The position numbers were made by a program, and so were the translations under genes. From Octopus sinensis (taxonomy: Eukaryota): DNA of 64,000 nucleotides. Shown here piece by piece: positions 38,133 to 51,670 of this stretch. The DNA is taken from assembly GCF_006345805.1 (NCBI RefSeq), contig NC_043000.1:50592001-50656000 (forward strand), written 5' to 3'. A model generated the notes under the pieces. That model had not been told where the DNA came from and did no database searches. It was given only the letters and a program-made list of their open reading frames with translations. Position 1 is the first letter of the stretch, and the number at the start of each line of letters is the position of its first letter.

Positions 38133-38929
38133 TATATCCAGCCAGCCAACCAGTCATCTTCTCCACTCACTATTCTTGGAAGGAACATGAGGGTAGGGTC
38201 CTTGGGTGCCTCATCTATGGGTTCCTGTCAGAAGTAACCAGCATTGCTCTTTGTACCTGGATTCCCTTGTGTAACTGACTGAAACTATGGCTACTATCCA
38301 CCTAACTCCTTCTCAATCGACTCTTCAGTATCCTGCTGATTGGCTCAATTTGAATTTGTCTTGTGATACTTTTCTTCACCATTTGTAACATTCTAATCGC
38401 ATGTCCATAGGAACCAAATCTGTGACCTCTCAATGTGAAGTAGTAGCTCAACCAGCAGAAACTCTCTGATCTCCAAGTTATGCATCCTGTCAAGTAATAT
38501 TACTCTGGAGACCCTTCAAAGTAACTCCATTTCAGATACTTGTATTTGGGAGCATATTATTTTTGGCCATGACCACACACATGAGGATAGACACATAATC
38601 CACTTTAAGATATCTAAAAGTGAAATAGAATTCTGTTTCTTCATTTTTATATATTTCTCAAAAATACACCGATAAAAACTGTTGGCAATACCAAACACCT
38701 TAAAATGATTCTGGTTCCAATGATATATATGCTTTCATGAGATGCTCATTTCTGTTACCTGTTACATATATACATCTTCATAAGAGATTAGTTAATTAGT
38801 ATGTGGTCTTTTATACTTTGCTTTCTTTTCCTAATTTCACTAATTCCATTTAGCAGGAGCTTTTTCTTTCTCTTTAGAGTCTAAAGTTTAGATGCTCATA
38901 TTATATTTGCAATGAAACAGCTTGTAATT

Positions 38930-39220
38930 TAGTGGCTACATTAGTTAGGGTGTTGGACTCATGATCATAAGATTGTGGTTTCGATTCCTGGACCAGGCAA
39001 TGCATTATGTTTTTGAGCAAAATGCTTCATTTTACACTACTTCAAACAACTTATCTGTAGAAATGAGTTCCGCTAGTGGAGGCATGTCACTTAGTGTTTA
39101 GGGTGTTGGATTCATCACTGTAAGATTGTGATCTCAATCCCTGGACTGGGCATCCGTTGTGTTCTTGAGCAAAACACTTCAGTTCATGTTGCTCTAGTCC
39201 ACTCAGCTGTAGAAATGAAT
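38930..39220 (+). mobile_element. Two adjacent CORE-like SINE heads
   Basis: TTAGGGTGTTGGA.TCAT...TAAGATTGTG...TTGAGCAAAA occurs twice, at about 38946 and 39098. Confidence 0.7.
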
Positions 39221-40509
39221 ATAGCCTGGATAGGGATAGGTTCTGCCAGGCTTTCTCACCCAAGATATTCTGCATGGCTGCAGTGCCCCAACGACCCCTA
39301 AGGGGTGAAGGAACATGAGAAATATACATCTTCTTTTCTCAGCCAGAAACTATTTAAACTTCAAAATTCAGTTGAGAACTTCAATGCAGTATGGTTTTCA
39401 TATCATTCTTGTGTGGTGCACTTAAGCATCCTGAAGAGGGATACTTGACTGAATGGCATAAAGACGGTCACTAACACTGCAATTTCCAGCCTATACACTC
39501 ATACACACAACTGCAAAATAGAGACATTAAACTACTTCTTTCCATATATTACTCAGTTTCTGTTGCAAATTTTCCCAATACCAACAATGAGTTTTACTAA
39601 AGTTTTTTTCCTCCTCTCATGTTTCTAATGTCTGTTTGGAGTGTTCTCTTCCACCAAAAGGTATTCTTTTTATTCGTCCATTCTATCAGCACGAACTCTG
39701 CAATATTAGTTAACAACTGTACAAATCAGATGTCAAATGTCTGTGATGTTGTCTGCTGTTAACTTTTCAATATTCTATTCAACCTCAGAATTTTCTTCTG
39801 TTTCACTTTATTTCCATCTGGTCTTTGCAATTCTTGTTTTTTTTTTCCATTTTTTAAACAATTCTCAGATTATTGCTTTTTAGTTTCTTTTTCTCTTTCC
39901 ACCTGTTTTTTTTTTTTCCATTTTCTGAAATCATTGTCAGTTCAGCATTAAACTTTTCTGATTTTCTTTTTATGCTTGTATTTTAATTATTGTTATATAA
40001 TGTATTTATTAGCTTGTGGTTCTGTATACTGTACTGTGGTTTAATCTCGAACAATATTTGTAAATATGTTTGATGTATGAGAATATATTTTCATTGTGTT
40101 TTTTCATACCGTGTGTGGCTTCCATTAATTTTCTGCAATATGATTTGTAGTTCTTGACCATATTTAAATCTAAGAGTTGAAAGAATTCATTTATTGTTTT
40201 ATTGGACTGTAGCCATGCAGTGGTAACACCTTCAAAGGTTAAAGTCAATTATATCAACCCTGGCACATTGTCTTGTAGTTACTATTGGCTTTGGAGAATG
40301 ACAAGCAATAAAGTTGACTGGGATGGAACTCAGAGCCATGTTGCTATGAAACTGACTTCTTTACTACACCAACTTGATAGTACCCATAAAAAAGATATAT
40401 GAAACAATTTTATTTAGATATAATTTGAGAGCAAATCCATAATATTTGCTTTGATTTCATAATTTAATTATTAATAGATTAGATATTTTACAATTTGACA
40501 CTCATTAAT

Positions 40510-40735
40510 CATCATCATCATCATCATCATCATCATTTAACGTCCGCTTTCCATGCTAGCATGGGTTGGACGGTTCAACTGGGGTCTGGGGAGCCCAAAG
40601 GCTGCACCAGGCCAGTCAGATCTGGCAGTGTTTCTACAGCTGGATGCCCTTCCTAACACCAACCACTCCGTAGGTTGGTGTAATCAACTTGCTCCTTTCC
40701 TCAAAACTGCTGGCCTTGTCCTTAAATTAGAAAGA

Positions 40736-40796
<61 letters not shown>

Positions 40797-40925
40797 TGCT
40801 GAAGTCCACTTTGCCTTTCATCCTTTTGGGGTCAATAAAAAAAGTACCACTTGAATACTGGGGTCGATGTAACTGACTATTCCCCTTCCTCAAGTTTCAG
40901 GCCTTGTGCCTGTAGTAGAAAGGAT
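40510..40925. mobile_element. SINE family C (minus) followed by Nin-like SINE pieces (plus) in (ATT)n
   Basis: (CAT)n TTTAACGTCCGCTTTCCATGCTAGC...TGGATGCCCTTCC, then CTTTGCCTTTCATCC..GGGGTCAATAAA. Confidence 0.8.
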
Positions 40926-40984
40926 TATTATTATTATTATTATAGTATATGCTAATTTATTTAGCAGGGATAATATCGTGAATT

Positions 40985-41690
40985 CTGCTGATAAAAATCT
41001 CAAATTTCCAGAATCTTCCCTAGCATTCTTGCAGTATATCAGCTGATACTTTTTCTGCAGGTTGACAATATGAGTTTCAATTCCAATTTCTTTCAGTCTT
41101 TTAGGTAGCATTTTTTTGTGCACCTATTGCTACTGGAATAATTATTGTCTTAGTCTTCCACAGTCTCCTCAGCTCTCTGGCTAAATCCTGATATTTGTCA
41201 ACCTTTTTTCAATTTCTTTGGTATCAACTTTGCTACCAAAGCAAATTGCAAAACCTTTGGCTTCTATAATCATATCTGGCCTTCTTGCTTCAGTAGTATG
41301 GCTAGTCATTTATGGGGAAGTCCCACAGAATCTGATAATTTTTGACTTTATATAACAGCCTGTAGTTTGTGTTCATATTTTGTCTGTTATTTTGAAGCCA
41401 CACACTCAGCTAATGTCCCATTCTTTTGTCTACACAATCATGCTTGGACCTATACTCCTTCTGTGTTAGCATACTGCACTCACTCAAAAGGTGATTGATA
41501 TTTTCATTTCCTTTCCTGCAGATTCTACATTTGCTCTCTGACTGGGTTTTGTTTGTCAATCATTGCCTTTATGAGATTTGTTCTAATGGCCAGTTCCTGA
41601 GCAGCTATAATTAGTGTTTTGGTCTCTCATTTCAAGTTCCTGTCTGTCAGCCAGATGCACTGCTCTTTACTTCCAACATTTGTGATTTGT
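40985..41690 (-). mobile_element. R4/Dong-type LINE 3' end (zinc knuckle and restriction-like endonuclease), fossil
   Basis: Minus-strand translation gives WLTDRNLK*ETKTLIIAAQELAIRT, KCRICRKGNENINHLLSECSMLTQKEYRSKHD (CCHC knuckle plus RHD-like motif) and EARRPDMII. Flanked by (ATT)n. Confidence 0.85.
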
Positions 41691-41697
41691 TGCATGA

Positions 41698-41740
<43 letters not shown>

Positions 41741-41745
<5 letters not shown>

Positions 41746-42612
41746 ATGTTTGACTTTTGCTTTATATTTGTACAAGTTGGCTCCAAGTCTCACCCAGAGA
41801 CCTCAAGAGACAACAGGTTGGAAGTTCATGTTGTTGTTATGCCTAGTGTGTCATATATTTGTTGTTTTATTTTTGGTGTTGTACTAGTAAATGTCTAAAA
41901 AAACAAAAACCGAAAATTATGTTTGTTTTAAACCTTGAGATTACATAGAAAGTATTTTGCATAGGATATGAGCAGTTCCCATGAGCTTATGATTATTATT
42001 ATTATTATTAAGGCTGTGAGCTGGCAGAATTGTTAGCATGCTCGATGAAATGTTTAGTGGTATTTCACCTGATGCTACATTCTAAGTTTAAATTCCACCT
42101 TTCATCCTTTCAGGATTGATAAATTGAGTACTAGTAAAACAGTGGGGGCAATGTAATCGACTACACACCACCTGCCAAATTTCAAGCCTTGTGCCTATAA
42201 CAGAAAAGATCATTATCATTCAGTAGTCTTATCTTTACGATGTGCTTTCACTTCACTATCCAGTGCAGCTCTGTGTGCCTTGGGTATGTGCTTTGGTTTG
42301 TTGTGATACTCTTACAGTTACTGTATTGGAAGTGTTTTACCTAAGATATGTGCAATGCCTAGTAGTGCTATTTTCTGTATGTTATATATACTTGTTAGTC
42401 CTGGTGTTTTTGTCAAGTATTTGTCTGAATATTTTTTTATCATACTTAATGTGCCTACTATTATAGGAACTGTGCCTGTTTTTAGGCTTCACATTCGAGT
42501 TACCTCTATTTCCAGGTCATTGTATTTTGAAAGTTTCTTCGTTTCTTTTAGAGAAGCATTGTCATCTGTTGGTATTGATACATTGATGAGTAAGCATTTT
42601 TTTACCTGATGA

Positions 42613-42659
<47 letters not shown>

Positions 42660-43550
42660 ATGTTTGACTTTTGCTTTATATTTGTACAAGTTGGCTCCAA
42701 GTCTCACCCAGAGACCTCAAGAGACAACAGGTTGGAAGTTCATGTTGTTGTTATGCCTAGTGTGTCATATATTTGTTGTTTTATTTTTGGTGTTGTACTA
42801 GTAAATGTCTAAAAAAACAAAAACCGAAAATTATGTTTGTTTTAAACCTTGAGATTACATAGAAAGTATTTTGCATAGGATATGAGCAGTTCCCATGAGC
42901 TTATGATTATTATTATTATTATTAAGGCTGTGAGCTGGCAGAATTGTTAGCATGCTCGATGAAATGTTTAGTGGTATTTCACCTGATGCTACATTCTAAG
43001 TTTAAATTCCACCTTTCATCCTTTCAGGATTGATAAATTGAGTACTAGTAAAACAGTGGGGGCAATGTAATCGACTACACACCACCTGCCAAATTTCAAG
43101 CCTTGTGCCTATAACAGAAAAGATCATTATCATTCAGTAGTCTTATCTTTACGATGTGCTTTCACTTCACTATCCAGTGCAGCTCTGTGTGCCTTGGGTA
43201 TGTGCTTTGGTTTGTTGTGATACTCTTACAGTTACTGTATTGGAAGTGTTTTACCTAAGATATGTGCAATGCCTAGTAGTGCTATTTTCTGTATGTTATA
43301 TATACTTGTTAGTCCTGGTGTTTTTGTCAAGTATTTGTCTGAATATTTTTTTATCATACTTAATGTGCCTACTATTATAGGAACTGTGCCTGTTTTTAGG
43401 CTTCACATTCGAGTTACCTCTATTTCCAGGTCATTGTATTTTGAAAGTTTCTTCGTTTCTTTTAGAGAAGCATTGTCATCTGTTGGTATTGATACATTGA
43501 TGAGTAAGCATTTTTTTACCTGATGATTTTTTATTATTATTATTATTATT
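41741..43550. repeat. Tandem duplication of a 914-bp composite unit
   Basis: Units start ACTATATGTTTGAC at 41741 and 42655. Identical ORFs at 42242/43156 and 42355/43269 give the 914 offset. Confidence 0.95.
42222..42617 (-). mobile_element. R4/Dong-type LINE endonuclease 3' fragment (duplicated at 43136-43531)
   Basis: Minus-strand translation gives KKCLLINVSIPTDDNASLKETKKLSKYNDLEIEVTRM*SLKTGTVPIIVGTL...IQKIALLGIAHIL. Confidence 0.85.
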
Positions 43551-43585
43551 ATGATTTTTATTGTTATTATTATTATTACTATTAT

Positions 43586-43776
43586 TAAAGTGGCAAGCCA
43601 GCAGAATTGTTAGCATGATGGGTAAAATGCTTAGTGATATTTTGTCCATCTTTACCTTCTGAGTTCAAGTTCTGCTGAGGTCATATTTTGGGGTTGATAA
43701 AATAAGTGACCAGTTCAGCACTCATCAGTTGATGGCCCTGTGCGGAAATTTGAAACCATTACTCCTCCTCCTCCTC

Positions 43777-43809
<33 letters not shown>

Positions 43810-44250
43810 GGCAGTGAACTAATAGAATCATTAGTCTGCAAACCAAATGCATTTTTTTGGCGCTTTATGTTCTAAGCTCAAATCTCACCCAAGGTTAACT
43901 TTGTCTTTCTTTTCTTGGTCTCGATAAAATAAAGTACCTGTCATGTACCTGTGTTGTCATAACTGAGTTGCTCTTTGTCTTAAAATCCCTAGCCTTATGC
44001 CAAAATTAGAAAGAATTATTGTTGTTATTTTTATTATTATGAAGATAGCAAGCTGGCAGAATTGTTAGCATACTGGGCACAATGCTTAGTGGCATTTTGT
44101 CTGTCTTTATGTTCCAACTTTGCAGAGTTCGACTTTGCCTTTCATCCATTCAGCATTGAGCTGATAAAATAATTTCCTGGCAAGTATGGAAGTCAGTGTA
44201 ATTTCGCCCAAAATTCCAGGCCTTATGCCTATTGTAGACAGGATTATTAT
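43586..44250 (+). mobile_element. Cluster of three Nin-like SINE copies
   Basis: GCAGAATTGTTAGCA-like heads and GTTCTGAGTTCAA / GATAAAATAAGT motifs, separated by (CTA)n and (ATT)n. Confidence 0.75.
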
Positions 44251-45039
44251 TATTATTATTATTGTTATTATTATTATTATTGAATGGCGGTGCCCCAGCT
44301 TGGCCACAGCTCGTGAGCTGAAACTAGATGTTATTATTCTTATGATGCAATATTTTCTTTTTTGGTTTTTGTTTTAGATATGCACATCTTTTGTAAATTC
44401 TACCTGAATTTATAATAGAATATAATAAACGCAGGCATTGATGTGTGGTTCTGAACTTCACTTCCCACACATTTCTTGTTAAAGTCATTGACACCAAACA
44501 TGGCATCTTGGATGATTGTTTTCTGCTATAGCTCTAGGCTGATCTTAGAAACTGAAGGAAGTTCATTGTTTGTGTGTGTGTGTGTGTGTGTGTATGTGTG
44601 TGTGTGCATGTTACTGTATGCGTGATGTGTCTGTGTATAGGTGACTGTGTCTGCTTGACTTGACATCACCTAATAGTTGTAAATGAACATTGCCATCATA
44701 CAAGTAATGCTTTTCAGTTCTAGCCTTCTGTAAAGCCTGAGCTAATAAAGGAAAAATATTACTCTGTTTGGTGAGGGTTGGTAATAGGAAGGGCATTTGG
44801 CTATAGAAAATTTACCTCAGTGAATTCCAGCTAGTCCATGCATCCATGGAAAAAGTAAATGTTAAATATGATTATGATGAGAATCCTGTATGTGATATGT
44901 ATGTACCAGTTGTTTTCTGTATATTGTCCATATATGTACATATTGTACATATATATATACTTATGCGTACCTTTCCTTCATTGGACTCTAAACTCTGCTT
45001 GCGAAGACTTGTTGAGGCAAGAAAAATTGAAATCAAATT

Positions 45040-45505
45040 CTATGACTGGCATCCGTGCTAGTGGAATGCTAAGAGCACCATCCGAGCGTGATCGTTACCA
45101 GAGTGGCTAACTGGCTTCCGTGCCGGTGGCTCGTAAAAAGCACTATTTGAGTGTGATCGTTATCAGCGTCGCCTTACTGGCACTTGTATTGGTGGCATGT
45201 GAAAAAACATTTGAGCGAGGTCATTGCCAGTGCCGCTAGACTGGTTCCTGTGCAGGTGGCATGTAAAAAACACCATTTGAGCATGGCAGTTGCTAGGACT
45301 GCCTGACTGGCCTTTGTGTCAGTGGCACGTAAAAGACCCACTACACTCTCAGAGTGGTTGATGTGAGGAAAAGCATCCAGCTGTAGAAACTCTGCCAGAT
45401 AAAGATTGGAGCCTGGTGCAGCCATCTGGTTTGCCAGTCCTCAGTCAAACCATCTGACCCATGCTAGCATGGAAAGCGGATGTTATATGATGATGATGAT
45501 GATGT
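45040..45505 (+). mobile_element. SINE family C with multiple internal modules
   Basis: Repeated GGTGGCA(C/T)GTAAAAA..CACC modules, then GCATCCAGCTGTAGAAACTCTGCCAGAT, then a (GAT)n tail. Confidence 0.85.
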
Positions 45506-45841
45506 AAGACCTGAGTCTTGGTTTAAAATTTACATGTTTTCTCTTTTTAATAATCCCTAAATCATATAGTATAGGAAATATTTCCATTTTCATTCCCAGT
45601 GTTCTGGATATCTCAATTTCCAGCTCTTTGTGTTTGGATATTTTCTTGCATTACTTTCAGAGTATCGTTGCTTCATATGGAATTAGTATTTCAGTCTTGG
45701 AACATGTCTTTTACTGATGAGCATAGATAATAGTATTTTGAGTGGGTATTCCATAAAATTGGCTTAGTTTGCAGGGTATGAAACACAACTCTGCACTGTC
45801 ACTATCTGTGTCTATTCTCTAAATGTGTGGCTGTGTATCAA

Positions 45842-45874
<33 letters not shown>

Positions 45875-45939
45875 CTGTATGTATATCTATATCTATCTAT
45901 CTATATATTTATACACATATACATATATATGTGTGTATA

Positions 45940-45982
<43 letters not shown>

Positions 45983-45983
45983 C

Positions 45984-46020
<37 letters not shown>

Positions 46021-46045
46021 GTGTATATTTCTATTATTATTATTA

Positions 46046-46080
<35 letters not shown>

Positions 46081-46134
46081 GTTGTTATTATTATTATTAT
46101 TTATGTTTGTATTACTTCTGTATTTTTTTTTTTA

Positions 46135-46310
46135 CATAGATAGGTGTCCAGTTTTCTATTGTTAATTGAGGAGATGATGGTAGCTAGGTTATGTGTTAGA
46201 CTATAGCCTATTCTTATTGTTTTACTATTGATTATCTCCCAATATTTGTTTTTCCCATTTATAAAATGTTTGCTAATTAAACTAAAATCTGTTTTTACTA
46301 TGTTATTTTT
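46135..46310 (-). mobile_element. Penelope-like element ORF fragment (post-RT linker)
   Basis: ORF 46101-46328 reads FSLISKHFINGKNKYWEIINSKTIRIGYSLTHNLATIISSINNRKL, similar to the F..LI.KHF...KIFN..T.K.SYS...N...II..HN.K.L PLE motif. Confidence 0.6.
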
Positions 46311-47119
46311 GATTTTACCCTCACCCATTTATTACATTCAGTAGTGTAATTGCCATGCATTAAAACAAACACTTGTGTATTAATAACTGGGTATTCTACC
46401 AGCAGTATATTGGATAAATATTATCCCTTAGTTGGTTGTATTCACAACCTCAAACTCTCTTGGAATATATATATATATATATATATCATCATCATTTAAC
46501 GTCCGTTTTCCTTGCTAGCATATATATATATCTGTGTATATAAATATTTATAATAATGATAATAATAATAATAATAAGAAGAAGAAGAAAAAGTAACGAC
46601 AAAAGAATGAGACCTCAGTATTAGATAAATAGAGGAATATTTATATATGCTATAATTTAGAACAGTAAAAAGTTGTCATTATAGTGCTTGGAGTTTCAAA
46701 CATCAGAGCAAAGAGCTACGATGCATTCTTATTGGCTATTAATGCAACAAACTCTATGAAAAACTGTTGAATAAAAGGGAAGTTACTCTTATAGGCAGAA
46801 AACGAAAAAAAAACGAAAAAAGATAAAAAATACACGCAGCCATATTCTCACAGTACATAGACATAAACCTCCTGCATTCACAATGTCTACATACATACAT
46901 GCACATTCACACAAACATGTATACATACATGCACATACACACACACAAATGTGTATGTACATACTCATATATCCGCACGTTCACATGTATAAATATATGT
47001 ATGTATATGTGTATGCAACCTCATCCTCATATGCCCATAGGTGTTTACATGCATGCACGTAACATAATACATATATATTTAGACATTTATACATATAAAT
47101 ATACGTATATATATATATA

Positions 47120-48087
47120 TTGTTTCTTTTTGTGTTCTGTAGAATTTATGGTGGCTTCATTTAACGGGCACAAGTCTTTATTCCTGCAGAAACATCTGGC
47201 TTCATGTTGTTGTGTTGCATTGTGTGTAATTATGTTTTTAAGGTTTGGGGTTGAACTAAAACTAATTTTTAGGTTATGCCAACTACAAAGTTTTCTATAC
47301 TTATGTTGTATTGGAAAATGTCTATCTTTAAGTGACAAGAAATATTTACCTATATGAAAGGTCACTCCAGGGAGTAAGGGGGTGTGAACAAGATAATTTT
47401 CGTGTGTCTATGTTCTCTTTTCTTTATTTCTTATTTCTTTATTGCCCACAAGGGGCTAAACATAGAAGGGACAAACAAGGACAGACAAGGAGATTAAGTC
47501 AATTACATTGACTCCAGTGCGTAACCGGTACTTAATTTATCGACTCCGAAAGGATGAAAAGCAAAGTCGGCCTCGGCGGAATTTGAACTCAGAATGTAAT
47601 GGCAGATAAAATATGGCTATGCATTTTGCTCGGCATGCTAACGCTTCTGCCAGCTTGCTCTTTAAATTCTCTAGGTTTAAGGGCATAGTTATATAGTGGG
47701 GCAGCATTATTAAATATGAATATATTGGAGGAGAGGTTAGAAATTCTCTTATTAATATTCTTAAGTAAATTCTTAAACACTATGGGTGGGGGAAGTGGCA
47801 GGAATCTACATTAATATAACTAAGTTTATCGTTGGGCTTTCTGTAGGGTTTGTAAATATCATTTTGTACATCTGGAGATACGTCAAGGAAATTGACAACA
47901 ATCAGGCTGGTTTCTATTGTTATGCTAAGATCAAATGTTTTCATAAGATTGATAATATCCTTCTCTTTACTGATCTTGTGTTGGTCCATTGGTATTCTTA
48001 GCTAAAGCTAGAGCATTGTCCCTATGAATAGTGAAATGTACACAAATGAAAGCTTTTCCTAATGTGTCAAGCAGGAATAGCCCAATG
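47120..48087 (-). mobile_element. Penelope-like element reverse transcriptase/linker fossil, interrupted by a SINE
   Basis: Consecutive minus-strand ORFs give [16 protein letters not shown] (decayed YRDDGL), DLSITIETSLIVVNFLDVS...YKPYRKPNDKLSYINVDSCH, INKRISNLSSNIFIFNNAAPLYNYALK, and IGKYFLSLKDRHFPIQHKYRK..NLKISFSSTPNLKNII...CFCRNKDLCPLN. Confidence 0.9.
47410..47660 (-). mobile_element. Young Nin-like SINE nested in the PLE
   Basis: CpG-rich TCGACTCCGAAAGGATGAAAAGCAAAGTCGGCCTCGGCGGAATTTGAACTCAGAA, which splits the PLE reading frame. Confidence 0.85.
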
Positions 48088-48143
<56 letters not shown>

Positions 48144-51100
48144 ATTTACATGTGTTGATATATGAGCATGTGTATATATATATATATATATATATGTATA
48201 AGTATATATATATATGGTATATATATGTATGTATGTATATAAGTTCAAATATACAGAGTGTATATTTTGGTATAGAGCAAATGGTTAAGATCAGTTGGGT
48301 GTGAAATAGGCTATTTCCAGAGAAATGCTCAACCCAAATACTGGGCTATCTACACTGTCAGGATCCAACCCAAAGCTGGAATACTCGTAGTGTTTATATG
48401 ATCATATGGTTTGGCAAAAAGTAAATAATCTAATGAAAAGAAGAAGACAAAGAAAATTCTTAAGCACATCTTTAATTATAAGTTACAAATGTTTCCATAC
48501 CATCTGCATCTGCAATGCCAGTTTACTTGAAAATTTTAAAAGAGAATTATGTAATATTTCCAGTTTTAGGCACTTCCTCAGACTTGCATCAGAGTCGTGC
48601 TATACACCTGGTACACTTGTGTGTACTAGGATGCATGATCACTCTATAATGCCTTATCATCAGAAGGGAAAGTAATTTACTCTGTTGTTGGTTATCAGTA
48701 TCACTTGGTAGGGTTAAACAAGTTATTTGCAAGGGTTAAACAAGTTATTTGCAAGTACATTCAAAGCATTTACATATAACCACTCAAGAAAAAAATTTTA
48801 TATTTTGTCTTATAAATGAGATGAAGAGAGGGAGAGACCATCCAAGGTGTCTATGGAAAGAGAATACACTTGGATTGTAAATTTACTGTATCAAAGGAAG
48901 TCTCAAGTTATCAGTCATAAATTTTTTTAAGAAATTAGAAGCAGAAAAGGTTGCATACATATTTTCATTTACATATACACATATATGATAGGTTGGGTCA
49001 TTTGAAGTACTTGCTCATATGGATACATACACAGTTCATTTTCTTTGTTAAAGAATTTTTCATTAATTTATCAACAGGTGTGTATAGGTTTGGTTGGCAA
49101 AGCAAATGTACATACATACCTACCTACATACATACATATGTACATACACATGTGTACATTAATGTGTATGCATTTGTGTGTGTACATATATATCTATATG
49201 TATATATAAGCATATACATGTGTGTGTGTTTGTGTCTATTTTTTCACACATATGCACCCTCTTTTCAGTCAGGGTACACATAGTGATGTGGTTTATTGTT
49301 TCTTCTGAGCTTTCATATTTTCCTAAGTCCCATTTTATACTCTCCTTCACTGTATGTCTTCATAGTATCTGGTATACTCTTTATCCTGTTCTGCTTAGCT
49401 TACTCTTTTTGGGTATTACCCATGTAAAATATTTTCATGTCAACATCTTTGTATGGTATTTTAAAATCCCATTTTAGTTTAACATCTAATTAATTAATTG
49501 TTTCTGTTACTTCTGCATCTAATTGCACATGTACCGATGTATATTTACTCAACCTCACTTCTATATTTGTTGCCTTTGAAAATAGTTTTTATATTTTCTT
49601 ACCTGTTGTATATACTAGTTTGAGATCCTCAGCCATGCTGCTTCATCCTTTATTGAATATTTTTGTAGTTCTACAGTAGATACTTGCCTGTATTTTTCTA
49701 GTTTCAGAAGACCCCTTTCTCCCTTGATCCTGATAAGTGTATACTTCCCATATGGTGTTTGGATAGTGTGTTCTAAATGCTATCTTTATTTTCCTTGCTA
49801 ATTTACATAGCTTCCAGTTGAGCATTTTATAACTTATTACTGGAACAGCTCGAGTATTGATACATAGTGCATTCCACTGTATTTTAAGTATTAATTTATT
49901 GCATCTACACTATTCCTCTTTAAAGTTTCGTTTATTTTTGTTTCACTGTAGGGCATTAATTTTGAATTAAATCCTTATCTTATGTAAAGTTTTTAGTTAT
50001 CTTGTATTCAAGGTTGCTTTGATGTGTTTTTCCATTAACTTTATTTTTATCATGCAGGACTTCAGAAATACATCATTATTTTCCTTATATTAAAAATACA
50101 CTAAATACATCTGGGAAAATGTATAAAAATGCTAGACAGTAACAAAAGTTGTGTAAGAATACCTTAATAATAACAAATGTTAGTAATACTATTTTCTGAA
50201 ATGTACCTGTGTGTATATTTTAGTTAAACATCAATGTTTTTACAGTAATGTTTAATGCTTATATTAATAAGTACTGTTTTTTTTTTTAGATAAGTATTTT
50301 TTCTGCATGTCTTTTTCACCATTCCTAAGGCATCTGTTATGATAAAAGCAGTTTATTCTGGCTTTGTCTATTTTCAAATCTTTATATTAGTTTAATTCCT
50401 GCATCTGTTGTAGGGAAACGTGTGTCTGTTGGTGCTAATACCTCAATAAGGTGGCATTTCTTTTTATATGGTTCTTAATAACACTACCAAGTGAATTATT
50501 TTCCATCTTCATGTGTGTGTGTGTGTAGATTGGTGTATTCTAGTGTGTAATTGTTTTGCCATTCTAAGACATCTTTTCAGGTGGATATTTAAATTACATC
50601 TTTTCTTTAATATATTGCAATGTTGGCATAATTTCCATTGTATGAAAGCTCTGGTTTTGTCATACCTGTAGACATTATTAGTACTACCCTACTCTTGTTT
50701 AGTGTTTCTAAACAAGAGAAAAACGTGTGGAGAAAAATTTTAAAAACTTCTGTGGTTTCCAATCCATACCATGTTTGGATATTTTTTCCTCCTCTATAGT
50801 CTAAGATTATGGCTCTTGTTGATGAGCAATTAACCTTTACATCTAGATAAGTCTTTGCTGCTTCCTTTCGGATTTTTGGATATAGATTGTTTTTCTTAAG
50901 TTTAATTATCCTCCAAGACATTATTGCAGTTAAAACTAAGCTGTAACTTTTTCTAAATGACATATTGCCAAAGCTCTCTTTCATTTCTCCTTGCCTCCAT
51001 GCTTTTTACGTGCCACTGGCACAGGTGCTAGTCACACAACACCAGCATCAGCCGCATTGCTTCTGGGAGGCCCAACGCTCAAAAGGTGTATTTTACGTGC

Positions 51101-51639
51101 CACTGGAATGGGTGCCAATTATGTGACTCTGCCATTGGCCAGTATCTTGCTAAATATACTGCTTTCACTTTGTGTTTCTGTTTAATACTTTAATCTGAAA
51201 TTTGGGATCATCTCATTTCCTGGTACCTAAAATATTGACCTTTCCAAAATGGATGCCATTATGTATACTTTTGTATATTATCTTTACATTGCCCTTATGT
51301 GGAGTTATGTTGTTGAACACTTGTTCATGTGTGTAGGACAGATATGGCTGTCAGCTATTAAACTTGCTCTTTTTACTATTAAACTTACTCTTCAGAATTC
51401 TGTAAGAAGGAAGTTTTACTTTTATGTAGTACCATATGGTAAAAAAGGCTGCATTGTGAGGAACATTGCAATGTTTAAGTTCATGCTTCTCTATTTGGTC
51501 TTGCCTTCATCAGTACTTTTTTTGTTCTTGGTTCCTATTTCTAATGTCCTAAGCTATTTGCACCTTCAATGTACTCTGAATATATATATATTTTTGCAAC
51601 AATATCATCTCATTCAGTCTGCCTATCTATCTTTCTGTC

Positions 51640-51670
<31 letters not shown>

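Noticed and set aside
45714-45805. CTGATGA...GAAAC...GTC hammerhead-like spacing
   Set aside because: No convincing stem I or stem III pairing. It is possibly a very decayed relic but is not supportable.
48710-48753. 22-bp tandem duplication AGGGTTAAACAAGTTATTTGCA containing a telomere-like AGGGTTA
   Set aside because: A simple slippage duplication, not a (TTAGGG)n array.
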